Part shown: positions 12,701-25,545 of the stretch, piece by piece
Layout of the letters: the number at the start of each line of letters is the position of its first letter
How positions within the stretch are numbered: position 1 is the first letter of the stretch
NCBI RefSeq assembly: GCF_009834535.1
Contig: NC_045696.1
Span: forward strand, 81,904,001 to 81,968,000
Direction of reading: 5' to 3'
DNA: 64,000 nucleotides
Origin: Camelus ferus
Lineage: Eukaryota
The notes under the pieces: model-generated
Databases searched by the model: none
What the model saw: the letters and a program-made list of their open reading frames with translations, nothing else
Told to the model about the DNA's origin: nothing
Position numbers and translations under genes: made by a program

Positions 12701-14439
12701 ACAAACCTGTTCTGCATACTTTCTTCTTGCATACTTCATTTTAGTAAGTAAACAAAACATCCAACTAGTATAACTGTTGTGTACAAACAACTAAAAGGTA
12801 CATCTGAGCCCAACACTTAGTTACCTCACTTACCTTAGAAATATTTTCAGATAATTCTAGATAAACCAAGAAAATGTTTGGGGAGAGGAAAAATCCCCAA
12901 AAACATATTAGTAAATATTTCAATCACAGTTTGAAGTACTAGCCTATATTTCTAGACTCTTAACTTACAAAATTCTTTTACATCCATTCTCTCATTTGAT
13001 CTGTTGTCTTACTCAACAGTTTATTTGCTAATTACTATGTTTACCAAGGGTTAAAACCATCTTTTTTTTTTTTAATTCCTTAACTCATTTAAATTTGCAC
13101 TAAGAAATACACTTACAAGAAACAGCTTACAAGAGGGGAGAATTTTTTGTACTTTTATCTTTATTCAAATGACCTCTGCAGAAATGATGAACTGTAAGGA
13201 AAATGCAAAACTAAAAAAAGTGAAATGTTTAATAGGCTTTAAGAGGAAAATTTTTAAGTTGATATCTTAGATCATCTATTTGCATCACAGATAACCCATA
13301 GGGTTTTTTCCCTAAGCAGAGTAAAAACTGTTATTTTACTTACCTAAGAGCAGTCAAGTCTAAATGTTAGACATCTAAATTTTAACTTCTAAAAAAAATA
13401 AGGGCATAAGCCATCTTTATCTAGTGGAGATTGTCAGCCACATGGTGTTAACAGTAAAGAATCACCTACACTGATCTTATCAATTGACTACAAATGTGCT
13501 TTTCTAATGTGCTTGAAAATAATCTTAAGTAAACATCAACCTTCAAATTTTATTTACAAATGATCAGTTTGCTTAGTAACCTTTTTTCCATAGATAGAAA
13601 TGTAAGATTCAACAAAATCAGAATTAGATCAAATATATAATACCCACTGAAGATTTGGGGAAAAAAATCAAGAATATAATATTCTTGTATATATTTGTGC
13701 ACTGTAACATACAGTCATTTTTCTAATAAAAAACATGAAACACTCAAAAGATCTGAAGAGACAGTTTAATAACAACATTTTACAAAAAAACCTAGGCAGA
13801 TCTAAAATCAAGACCTGTGGTGACCTGAGTAAGAAAAAGTTCAAAATACTATACCTCTGGTGTCTACAAAACACAGTCAGTTCTTCACTTAGAGCACTGA
13901 CCTTATACCACTTATTTCCCCATCTAAATATAGCTCCTAACTATGCAAAGTAAATATAGTTTTTAGCTAAGCAAATAGTTGATGATCATTACTAATATAA
14001 TTTCCATCCTTAGAAATAATTTAACAGTTCCTGTATTTCAAACAACTGCCTACTGAGTTTGAGGGTTTTTTTAATTTGAAAAAAATATTCTAACTACCTT
14101 AAACATATCAAATTACATTCATGTTCACACTAAACATCAGGTCCTTTAGATTAGAGATTAATATATTTAGTATATTCTTTAATTTTTTTTTTAAGTGCCT
14201 GCTTTTACTTTTTAAAGTGAGTTCCTCTGGATCTGTTTGGTTTGTTTGGCAATCAACTCAGTGACTCACAGAAGGTAAAATGTTCCTCAGTCTAGGACTC
14301 TCTCCTTGCCCCCTTCCCAGTAAAAGACACTAGTCTACACCCAAGTGAATAGAGTCTAAGAACCATTACAGTAAGGTAAGTTGATAAGAAAAGTTGTTTC
14401 TCAAACTTCAGTTTCTTCTACTGAGTTTGCTTTCAGCAA

Positions 14440-14585
14440 AAGTAGTGATAATTACTAGGCTTCAAGTCAGAAGACCTCCATTCAACTCCTGATTCTACCT
14501 CCTACTAGATACACCACTAGGAGCATATGACCCATCTGGGACTGGTTTCTCATCTGAGAAACCTTGTTCACAGATTGTCAAAAAA
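14440..14585 (+). mobile_element. MIR SINE fragment
   Basis: ggcttcaagtcagaagacct...gtttctcatctgagaaa. Confidence 0.55.
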
Positions 14586-16289
14586 GAAATTTTGAGGAAT
14601 AATTTTCAAAATGTGAAGTGGCAAGCACAGTGAAACAATCACACAAGTATGTACTACATGTGAACCCCCCCCAAAAAATCTTTCTTAACGGTTTGATTAC
14701 TGGTAATTTTCTTAAATTTCCTTAAATTGCTTAAAATTCAAATAAAATTGGAAAAAAAAAATACCAAAAGTACACCAGAAACATCGTAGCAAACACTGTA
14801 AAAAATAACATAGTAAAAAGATGGGAAAAAACCTCACACCTTCCCCAAAAAACTGAGTAGAAATTAATAAATTCTGAGACAATAAAGGACTACATACAGA
14901 TGAAGAATGGTTTCAATTTTAACCAAACCCTAGCACATTCAGTTTCAGTTAAGTAAATTCATCACCTTTTTTTTTTAACCTTTATCATGGTTCTCAGATA
15001 TTTTTTCTCACAAATAGAGCAGGAATAATAGGCAAAGTAATTTATCTCCAAAATGTTTATGTCAGAGCAATCAAGACTGGACCAAGATTATCTGGCAAAT
15101 AATGTGGCCACCTGTGGACATGCAAGAGTACAGCTCCTCATCAGGTTGGGGCAAGATATTAAAAATATCAAAATGGGCATTTCACATTTTGAGAATATAG
15201 GTAATTCTAAGCACAACCTTCAGCATCAGACCAGGCCAGCTGTTAAGTCCAGCAATGTGAGAACTGGCTTGAAGTCAATCCTGCTTTAAAATCAGTTAAT
15301 AACTGCGCCTGAACAATATAAACTTACCTAGTAGCCACAGGAAAAGAATTTCGAAAAAGTACAGACCCTTGGGAATCAGCAAGTAGCAAACTACTCTGAA
15401 TTCACATCTGAAATTACCGCCATTAAGCTTCAGAAGCAAATCACTGTCTTAAAATGACACTGTAACTAAATTTCCCTCAAAACATGAAAGGCACCCTATT
15501 ACAGCACAGAACACCAAAACTTAGGTTCTTGCCCAAGCTCTTATCTTGCTATAAATAGCCTTCAGTCATTTAATACACTTCATTCATTTCTTCTGCGAAG
15601 TAGAAAGGGCGAGATTATGTCAAGAAATAAAAGCTAATAGAGAAAAAATTAGATTCTTCAGATGAAACGCGGCCAACTTTCTGTGGTACCAATCAAATAA
15701 AATCATGTGTGAAACTGCTCAAGAACAGTGCTTGCCACATTTTAAACACTTAGTGTTAGCTACTGATCTTACTCTAGTGGGAAAATATTTAAAAACCAGA
15801 TCAACAAACTGAGTATTTAATAGCCTAAACTTTGTCTATTAGCTAGGCATTCAAACTCTTAAAATGAAGTTTTGAGTTTAAGCCTATTAGATAATGCAGT
15901 GGGCAAGTAAGTTTAAAATCTCTCTGCTGATATTAATATTTATTTACTCTAAAGTAATCTTTTCTTTATTCTACCTGTCATAATTTTTTAAATTATTTTA
16001 TTCTTTAAAAATTCTTGGTGACTAGAATCATAAATTCTTCAGATAAATCTGTCTTTTCCATTTGTTTCCAATACTGATCAAGTCTGAATATCCAATTACA
16101 GAAACAATGTCAGAAATCCTAAACGTACCTTTGAAAAACGCTGTTTGGAACCCACCACCAGAACTGTTTTGGCTAGCTACTATACCATTTGCAAATGGAG
16201 ATAGCACTAAAGTGTAAATTGTCTTGAGTCCTAGGAAAACAACAGATTTAGTCATCAAAAAGCAGGATGTGTGAAAAAGAAAAAGGACA

Positions 16290-16435
16290 TGGCTTGAGAA
16301 GGAAGTCCCAAATCCTCCACTCCCTGGCTATATAATCTTGGGAAAGCCACTTGATCTCTCTGAGCCTCATTCTCTTTATCTGTAAAATGGGAATAATCCC
16401 ACTTCTCTCAGTAGGGTATTTAGAAGATCAAACAC
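16290..16435 (+). mobile_element. MIR SINE
   Basis: cttgggaaagccacttgatctctctgagcctcattctctttatctgtaaaatgggaataat. Confidence 0.75.
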
Positions 16436-16621
16436 ACACAGGAAAGCATTTTATACCCTAAAATGTATAACACAAACATATTACATATATCAATATTTTT
16501 GTTGTTGCATGAGCAGCAAGATTCTTAACACACAGCTTAAGTTGCATTCTAACAGACTTGATTTCAAGGTAAACCATAACCATTATTCAAAATTACTATT
16601 AAAAAATAAAATAAAACTTGC

Positions 16622-17719
16622 CTTGGACTGAGTTCTCTTCCCATTTCTCATGCTAAACTTCTCCTTCATTTCTTCTAAAATTATCTTCAGTTTCTTTTCT
16701 TCAGGTGTCCCTAAGTATTTTTGGTTCACATGAAGATAGCAATGCCATTTGGCTGATTCAAAGCCCCAGTGGCAAGTCCTTTTGTCGGGTGATCTGTGAG
16801 AATGCATCACAAATGTCTGGGGTGCAAACATTCCACAGCACTCCAGACACTGAATACATGGAGAATCAGGCTGAACATAAAACTGGGGTGCAAATAAACC
16901 CTGACATTTGCCCAAGCATTCATGTTCCACTTCAAAGGCACTGCCAGTTTCCTTTAACTGGGCCAATGAGTTTTTAGCAGGAAGTATACTACCGTTTTGA
17001 GGGAAAGTGCGTGGCCGCAATAAAGCATTACATAGTCTTTGTGCATCAGTTAATGTGATCAGCCCACAGGATGGGGCATTGAATGGAAGTATTCCCAGGA
17101 CCTTTAAGATATGAAGCTGGTCTGATGTACACCTTGAACAATAGATGTACAATTCATCACACACTGTATTTATTTGCTGGAGTGAAAATTCTCGGAGAAC
17201 AGAATTTAAGACTTGGGGCAAACAGAGTCTCTTTTCTCCTCCAACCTGAAAACAGGAAATAGACTCCCCTTCCAACACAGTCTGGGTGAGTTCTGTGGAG
17301 CTATCAGAAGGGATGAGCAGTGGACCAGGAAGAACCTGAGGAGATGGAAGAGGCAGAAATACAGTAGGTGACATGCTTTCTTGGGAATACCGAGCAGAAA
17401 ATGCGGCTGGTCCACCCAGAGAACTCTGACTACTTAAATGGAACTGTGCCAAAGTGTGTTTCAAACTGGGATTTAAATGTAAAGGTTCAGGCACAGAGGC
17501 ACAGGTTCGCTTGACATGCTCTTCATCAGTTTCCATTGGCGCTTCATAGTCATCCAAGTGTTCCTTCTTTACTGTTGGCATCTTGTTTATCATCATTTTT
17601 CCATTTGCATGAATGTCCGTCATCATTTTTTTCACTGGAGGGCTGCCATCATCTCCCATTCCATTCAGTTTTTTATTTGAGCCCTGAACCAAGGGAAAAT
17701 TTGTTTGTAGGTTTTCCAT
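16622..17719 (-). CDS. SKIL: SKIL exon 2 coding part (366 codons): Ski/Sno homology and Smad4-binding SAND-like domains
   Basis: [11 protein letters not shown]...GKRTQSK is recognisably SnoN: VKKE SUMO motif, HTLAQFHL R-Smad-binding region, D-box RLCLPQVLN, Cys/His zinc-binding region. ATG in good Kozak context (gcaATGG). Ends at non-canonical donor AAG|gcaagt. Confidence 0.98.
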
Positions 17720-18378
17720 TGCTAAAAAAACTACTGGTTTAAATAAGGAAGTCTGAGATTTGCATTGTTATTTAGTTGCTTATCTGAAGAGAGAAAAGCA
17801 ATGTATACCAATACTTATGGTAACTTACTCTCACAGAAAATTTAAGTTTCCAGAGAGATTGCCCTAAACTACTCAATAGATTTTGCAACTTTGTTTTGGT
17901 TCTGCTTATACTGTAGTGTAATTTCACTGCAGGTACTATAAAATTTCTTACTTTATGTTTAATAATAAAGAAAATAATTTTAAAAGGCACACCTCCAAGG
18001 AAGCCTTTATTTCTAATTCTTCAGATATATGTATTAAAATAAAGTTACCAATTCTCTCAATTCAAGACGTCCAGGTTCAACGCAATGGTTTGGTTTGGTT
18101 TTAAGCACAACACGCAAAAAGTCTATGCAATTACTTGTGTCAAAATAATGCACTCAAATTTAATTTTTGGCACCAAGGACACCAAAGGTGGGGGGGGGTA
18201 TCTTCTCCAAAAATGATGATCTGTTGGTCTGTGTGGACAAACTGAAGACTTGTATAAATCTTCACACCAGCAAGAAGAGCCTCTGACTCTACTTGAACGT
18301 CTACAATTAAAAATGAAATCTAAAGAAAAATTGTCCAGTTATCTTCAAGGATTACTGTTAATTCTTCTTTTAATTAAT
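17720..18378 (-). other. SKIL: SKIL exon 2 5' UTR portion (659 nt)
   Basis: Strong acceptor with long pyrimidine tract (ctctccccccaacccctcttctcttccag|ATTAATT) at 18379/18378; the region is almost devoid of ATG. Confidence 0.75.
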
Positions 18379-19988
18379 CTGGAAGAGAAGAGGGGTTGGG
18401 GGGAGAGTTACATTTGAATTTGCTCCAGAGGCCAAAGGGTCAGTTTGAAACTAGTTTCTTAATCTTAAACTGAGTTCACTTCACCAAAGGTGACACTTGA
18501 GTGATTTCTTTAAATCTAACAGTTAACTAGAAGAATCTTCATTTAAATACGAAAGCAATTTGAAATGGGTAAAGGGAACAATAATATCCCTCAAAAGGGT
18601 GAGGACTATTCCAACTCGGAACAGGAAGAACCTCAAGCAGAACATCTCACCCAAAATTCAGTACTACAGGCTTTCTCAGTTATGGCTTTTTAACTAAAAC
18701 AATCTATTACTTCATCTCTTAATTAAAAAAAACACCAGTTTCTTCCAAAAAAAAGAGATACTAGTTAACATATCTACCATATGTAACTAAATTACAATCT
18801 TAAGTGTATAATTCCTCTAGTCAGAGTATGCTATTTTTCCGGAATGACTGTAGGCAAAAATTAACCTTCCCTTTAAAAGGTTAGAGAATTTGCTTAATGG
18901 AAGCCAAAAGCTATAGACTCCACTCCTGGGAATCTCCATCCTTGAACAAGACTAATCCGGGACAAAAACCACAAGGCAGACAGACCTCACAAAGAATGCA
19001 AATGGAGGAAAAGGGAAAAAGAAAAGATTCTTCTTCCACTTCCTTCTACAGAGAAAATCCAAAAGAAATTCAATAAATAGAAACGTATGCCTCCCAAACT
19101 CCGAGAAATTTACCTTAAAACAGACAAAAAGGGTTAAGGGCCAAGGCCACTAGCCAACGTACTGACTTTCGCCCACCACAGGAACACCTCAGCCAACGCA
19201 GGCCAAGGAAGAGGGCAGAAGGCATGACCTAGAATGGGGGAGCCCCCAAACCGTGAAATCCTCGGCCCACACAAAGCCACTCACCCATTTCATACTCCAG
19301 GGGGAGGCGGAGAGTGGAGGGCAAGGGAACAGTCCCGCCTTGGGGTATGCAAGGTGGCAGTGGGAAGTGGAGGAAGAGGAGTCCCCCAACCCCCACCTGC
19401 GGTCTCGGAACACCCCAGTGCCCTCCCAACATCGCCCCACTGAGGGGGCCGCGAGGAGGACTGTGGAAATCCCCCGCGCACCCTCTCCCCGGGAAGTTTC
19501 GGGTGTTACCCCAGCACCCCTAAGTCTGCGCCTCCCCTCGCCTGCCCAGGGCCAGAGGCAGAGGGGTCAGCGCGCGGGTGGGGCGCGGAGCCGGGATCCC
19601 CGCGCCGCCGGGCGCCGGCCGACCCGATCCAGCCCGGGGCATCCCTGCGGAGCGCAGACGGGCGGCGGGGGGAGGGGGGCGGTGACCGGCGTCCGGGTCT
19701 CCGGGGTCCCGACGGCTCTGGTCAAGTGCAGCGCCCTGCCCCTGCCCGCGTCCACCGTCCGGGATGGGCGAAGCATTATCTGCCGTGGGACACCCGCCCC
19801 GCGCCACCCCATGGCCCCGACCCCACCCGGGACCCGCGCATCCGGACCCCCGACTCCGGCCTCCAAGCCCGAGGAAGCCCGAGGAGCTTTGTTAACTCCC
19901 CACTACCCTCCGACGCCGCCGTCGGGCACCCCAGGGGCCGCGCGCCCCTTGCCTCCCGCCGCGTCACCCCCGCGAGCCGGGGCCGCAC

Positions 19989-20260
19989 CTGTGCCCGCCG
20001 CCGCCGCCGCCGCTCGCTCGCTCCCCTCGGCTGTGCCGGCGCCGCTCCGAACCCCACACACATCGCTACACACAGCCCTCTGACGTCACCGAGCCCTCGG
20101 CCCGCCCACGTCACTGCGGAGACACACGGCTTCCCGCAGACGCCGCCGCCGTCTCCGGCCGCCCGGGGGAGAGCGAGGGCGGCGGGGGGGAGGGGAGGGG
20201 AACCGAGCCAGCAGAGACACCGTGCGCGCGCCCTCGCCGCCGCCGCCGCCGCCGCCTCGC
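19989..20260 (-). other. SKIL: Putative SKIL non-coding exon 1 (5' end approximate)
   Basis: Donor GGCACAG|gtgcgg at 19989/19988 inside the CpG island; GGC-repeat-rich leader. TSS cannot be fixed from sequence. Confidence 0.55.
20236..20256 (+). repeat. (GCC)7 trinucleotide repeat; a second (GCC)5 lies at 19997-20011
   Basis: Read directly from the sequence. Confidence 0.9.
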
Positions 20261-22722
20261 GGCTTCTTGCCCCTCGAGGACGCGTGTGCCGTCTGGCCTA
20301 TTGTGGCTCCGGAGGGCACCCCCGGCCAGTCGTCTGGCGCGCGCGCGCCCCTCCCCCCAGGCGCGCGCCCGGCGCTCCTGGCCCCGCGCGCCGTCTGGGC
20401 GGCTGGCGCGCGGCGCTGTCTGCGGTGCGCCCGGCGCAGACAGGATGTTCCCTCCCCGCCCCACCCCCACCGCCGCCCTCCCTCCTTCCTTCCTCGAGTC
20501 GCCCAGCCGGCTGTCTGGGGCCGCCACCGCCCCGCCCCCGTCCCACCCGCTGCTCGGTGGTGACGGGCCAGACCCGGGGGCGCCCTGGTCTCTCGGCTGC
20601 CGCGCGACACGGAGAGAGGGGGCAGGGCGGCCGCACGGTGCACTGTGCACGACCCCAGCAGCCGGCAGGGCGGAGGCAGGGCCCGCCTGGCGGAGCGCCG
20701 CCGCCCGAGGTCAGGCACGGGCGACCCTCCCCCAGCGCGGCCGCAGCTGGGCCGCCCCGCCCCGGAGGCAGCAGGGTGGCGGCCGCCCAGCCGCGCCCCC
20801 CCGTGTGGGCTCTGCGCGCGGGGGCTGCCCCCCGCCCCCGCGAGGCCTCCTGCGGAAGGGCCGCCCCGCCAGCTGCCTGCGCTGCGCTCCGCCCCACCCC
20901 GGCGGCCCCCGCCTGTCCTGGGTGGCCTCCGCCCAGACGCCTTCGCCAGGCTGACCTCCTTCTCCATCGGGCCGGGCCAAAGGACTGACCAAAGTTCCGG
21001 CAAAACCGAGAGACAACATTTTTGTCTCTACTTCTCAGCCTCCCTTCACCCCCACCCCCTCACCAGACTGCTCTCTCGGTTCCAAAAGGGACCTAGAAAT
21101 TACATGTTTCTACAGTGTTTACTGAAGGGTTTGGGGTTTTGTTTTGGAGGAGAACACGAGATGAGACTAGAAAAGCAACGACTTCAGAGCTTTGGGCTGT
21201 GACCCTGAGGGCCGAACAGAGTGGTGTCCTGGTCCGTGTTCCCAGGCTAGCCAATTAGCATATTGAACTCTGCCGAGCTGCTCCGTCATATTTCGAAACA
21301 CCAAGAAAAACCCCTTTTTTGCACCCCACCGCAAGATCAGGAACTGAAACAGTCCCCCAGGTCTCGGTGAACCGAATTCAGAAGACTCGAGCTTTGTCTC
21401 CTACCTTTTTTAATTTTTTTCTTTTTGCTCATTGTCGTCCAATTTCTCCTGGTTTTACTGCTTCAAGGTCACTCATGTGGGGTCCACATTTTGAGGCGGC
21501 CAACTGGGAATGCTCCTGTGCTCATAGGTTTCCCCACCCCCCCCGTTTTCCTCCCAACGGGCCTACCAGAAGATCAGAAGCCTCTTATTCCCTCCACTCC
21601 CAAGTTCCGTGCCTCACACCCCCATCGCCTTGCTCCCAGGTCGTGCCCCCTCTCCCACCCCCCACCACCTTCCCCTCCTTCTTGACTGCCTCCTTTCCAG
21701 AACATGAATAATTCCGCAGCACTTCCCATCTGTTATTGCCATAGAGACAGAAGCTCAGCAAAGATAATGATGTTCTGTGCAGAGCCAGTGGGGGGAGAAC
21801 AGCATCTGCGAGTCTGGGGAATAGATTTTCTAACCTCGAGGATATTCAGAAGGCCCGGCTGAAGGTCTGATGTGGAAGACGGGACAGTCCTGAGACTTGG
21901 CATCTGGTCAGCTCTCAGCACTTGGCTCCTGTCTAGCGAGAAAAAAAAAAGCAAACAATTTTTAGAAACCAAAATGACAGATTTTTTAAAAAGTGATTTC
22001 AAACTGCAGTTAATGGTACACGTTCAGTACTCATTTTATCAGCCATAAAAATTAATTACTTGCTAGCACATCCAAGGACCAAAAATCAATTGGACAGTAA
22101 ATAGACTTTTGAGAAATCAAACACATTTTCCCCTCCCCTGTTCTTTTGATTTGCTTTCTCCAGGAATCTGTTTTTTGAGGCGAGGATCTTTTGTGCTGGT
22201 GATTTTATGTACAATGGTTTGAGAAATAGCGACAGGCAAATGTGACTAGAACCAGTCAAGCTTTGAGGGTTTCTTTTTTTTTTTTTTTTTTTCTTTTTCT
22301 TTTTTCATTATTCATCAAAGTACAAAATGTACCAAATTAAAATTCACTTTGCCCTTGAATTCCCAAGGTCTTGGCCTCAAAGATACAGGTTTGAACTCAA
22401 GCGAAACTAAGCAGGGTACATTTACATAGATCTGATGTAGATGGGGAGGTGCACATTAACCCACATTTTTGCAGGTCTACTTAAGGATTTTTGGAAATTA
22501 TCAGTAAAATTGATTGTATAATATCAAACAAAAGCACTGAAAGAAATGATAATGGCTCTTTATCTCAGAAACAGAATTGAATGGACACAGAGAATACAGG
22601 CCTTAGAAAAAATAAACATGATGAGGTAATGAATATTGTAATCCCCACCTACTGATGGTCTTCATCAATGTTTAAAAGTCAGTGTGAAGTCAGTTTATGT
22701 ATTGGTTAGTAAATATTCTTAT

Positions 22723-22796
22723 TCTTTTTTTGTTTTTTTAATGGAGGTACTGGGAACTGAACTCCATGCGCCCTACCACTGAGCTACACACCCCCA
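22723..22796 (-). mobile_element. Internally deleted Vic-1-like tRNA-derived SINE
   Basis: Minus strand ggtgtgtagctcagtggtagggcgcatggagttcagttcccagtacctccatt plus A-rich tail; homologous to the copy at about 31 kb. Confidence 0.65.
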
Positions 22797-24064
22797 ACCC
22801 CTCCTCCCCCCAGGAAATAGCTATTAGATAGGTTTTGCATGGCCTCCTACCTCACCATCTCGGCTGCCAGCAGGAGTGAGAGTGTGTGCCTGTGTGCATG
22901 TAAAAATTCCAAATGACTGGGGGTGGGGGTAGGGGACCCTACCCATTGTCTCAACTTAAAGCAGACAGAGAAGATACAACCAACTGGTACTAGGTGGTCT
23001 AGAATTTCTTCAGTAGTTATGGACGTCTGGTAGTAATACAAGCAAGAATTTAGAGATTATAAATTTGAAGACCAGTTCTGCCATGTGGCCTGATAAATGG
23101 TTTGCGGCAAATGTTTTCCTCTTGTCTCTATTTACTAATCTATTGATAATGACTTGCTAATATCAGTTATTAAGAATACGGAAGCAAAAAGGATAGGGTA
23201 AAATGCAAACATTCAATGTAAATTCATTTTATTTTTATGCAGGAGTGGTAAGAAAAGTCAAATAAATGTTAATCGAGCATACCAACAGGCTTATGATTTC
23301 CTTTGCACCTTCTGCTCTTTTCCAAGAAAGAGAAACTAGTTGTAGGTTGATGGTTCCAAAGCCTGCTCTTACCCCTTCCTTGATTCTCAACAACAACAAC
23401 AAAAACTTGTTTGAAATATTTTTAAGCAGCAAGTCAAATGCTACAAGATCCTTCAGTTTCACAAAAGACTCTCAACTGTTTCCTTTTCCATCCCATTTTT
23501 CTCTGTAGCTTTTCATTTATTTCTGCTTGTGAGAATTACGACCATAATGATGCTCTTTAACTTTCTCAGAGCACTTTTATCTTTTTCCTATCTATCCTCT
23601 TCCCCATGCACTTTACTTCCCATATTAGCTTAATGCTACTGTCCCTGCCAGTACAAAGTTACTTCCCCTCATTGACTAGACTTTCTCCTTGGGGCTCCAT
23701 TCTCCTCTTACCTGCCAAATCAATACTGATCTACAAGATTCCAATTCCTATTTTCATGCTTTAAATAAGATGAGAACCAGATGCTTAAAAACTACTCACC
23801 TCCTTTTCCTGAATAGTGTCACATAGCACTTCTTTTCTTCAAGTTTTAACTTATGTTCTGTGGAATTGGAATGGAAGTAAGAGGAAGAAAGCAAAAAGGA
23901 ATAGCCAGAAAAGATAAAATAGGAAAGGCTGATGTTAGGAATGTTTGAATTTTCAGGCTTAAATTGCAATAAACTCTAAAGTGAATGTAACAGACATATT
24001 AAGTGTATTTCGTTGTCAATGCATTTTAACCTACAGTTTAAGAAACAATGTATTAAAGAATAAT

Positions 24065-24240
24065 AATCAATGTTAACATTTATATAGTATTTACTATTGC
24101 TAGGCTTTGTTCTATTATATTTTACAGATAATAACTCATTTAATCCTCACAACCCTATGAGGTAGTGTCTATTATTATCCCATTTTATAGATGAAGAAAC
24201 TGGCACAGTGCTGTGCTCAAAATCACATAGCTAGGTAAAT
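24065..24240 (-). mobile_element. MIR SINE
   Basis: aactcatttaatcctcacaaccctatgaggtag...attatcccattttatagatgaagaaact. Confidence 0.8.
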
Positions 24241-24739
24241 CTTTCCCTTCAGATTATAAAAAAAAAATTATAAAAGATTATGCATATACTCAACTGATTT
24301 CTATGTAGGATCAATCTGAATGTAAAAAAATGGGATTAAAGTTTTACGTTATGTGATCTCAGGGTCACTAAAGTTTCTATCTCCCCCATTGCCTTTCTGA
24401 CACAGTATTTGAAATTCCCATAAAATATTTTATTTCCATTAATATTCAAGTTAAACTGAAAATGTATTTAGAAGGGAGTAGAATTATTATTGTTATTACT
24501 ATTATTACTCTCTAAACCTCAAAACAATACCCCAAGCTAATTAGACAATATCCCCATTTATCAAATGAGAAAATGGATATTCTGGGTATCAGTTATCTGA
24601 AATCTTTGCTACAGTTTGCTGTCTATCAGAATAATTGGTCATCTAGCAGAATTCTATTATAATGGTACACAAGATTAAAAAAAACATTGCTCAGAGGAGG
24701 ATGTAGAAGTAGAATATACTCATGGTATAATTCAGCGAT

Positions 24740-25326
24740 GGAAAGATCAGGTAAATAACTAAAGAGGGGAGCCCTGAGCCACCAAATGGTAGACTGAGAA
24801 TTTCAGTGGCCTCTTGTAGGGTTGGCTACCAAGCTCTGTGTCTGTTCCTGGCTCCTGTCCCACCCTGTGAACCATGTGGCCATAGCAGCAGGGCTTCATG
24901 CCGCGATGGTTGACCTTGCCCCCAGTCATAGCCAGTTGGACCAAGAATGGATACCCGAGCCAAGCTAGGCCAATGAACACCTTCCCAGAGATGACTGGAA
25001 TGTACACTGAAAGAGTCTAGCCTCAGCTGGCCTGGCATATTGAATGGAAGAAATATAATCTTGGGAGCTATTGGTGGTCGTACTTGCTCTATCATGGAGA
25101 AGAAAAGCACTGTAAGCTGCTCTGTAGAGAGAAACCAAAATGAGGCAGATGCAAAGAGAGGAGCAGATAGAGTGCTGATAAGACCGAAGTCTTAGGTTCC
25201 AGTTTGGTTCCAGGCTGAGCTGCACAACTGTCCTTGGAGGATCCTGCAACTTTGAACTATATCCTCTTTTTTAGGCTTGAGCTTGTCCAAGTGGGTTTCT
25301 GTTACTTTCAACCAAATGAGTCTGAG
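24740..25326 (+). mobile_element. Old MaLR LTR (MLT1J/K-like)
   Basis: caagctaggccaatga internal motif; terminal gtgggtttctgttactttcaaccaaa. Confidence 0.65.
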
Positions 25327-25545
25327 AAAGAGGTGTAAGGATGGGGTAATGGCGGAAAGACCCACACACTTCAACTTTATGTACCCTTGGACTTAGTTAT
25401 AACTGCCAAATCTCACTAGCAATACAGTCCTCAACAACAACAACAACAACAAATCAACTAGTTAAAATACTCTTTTTTTTTTTTAACTTTGGCATATGAA
25501 ATATTCAAGGATCTTCTCACTTCTTTTAAATGTAGGAGTCTGTGG

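Larger units (their letters stand above)
19500..21000. promoter_or_regulatory. CpG island / SKIL promoter
   Basis: Very high GC and CpG density relative to AT-rich flanks; GC boxes, palindromic CRE TGACGTCA at 20081-20088, multiple CAGAC/GTCTG motifs. Confidence 0.92.

Noticed and set aside
19189..21202. Many long overlapping ORFs (up to 420 aa) on both strands
   Set aside because: Pro/Arg/Ala/Gly-rich low-complexity translations expected from stop-codon scarcity in a CpG island; no recognisable domain.
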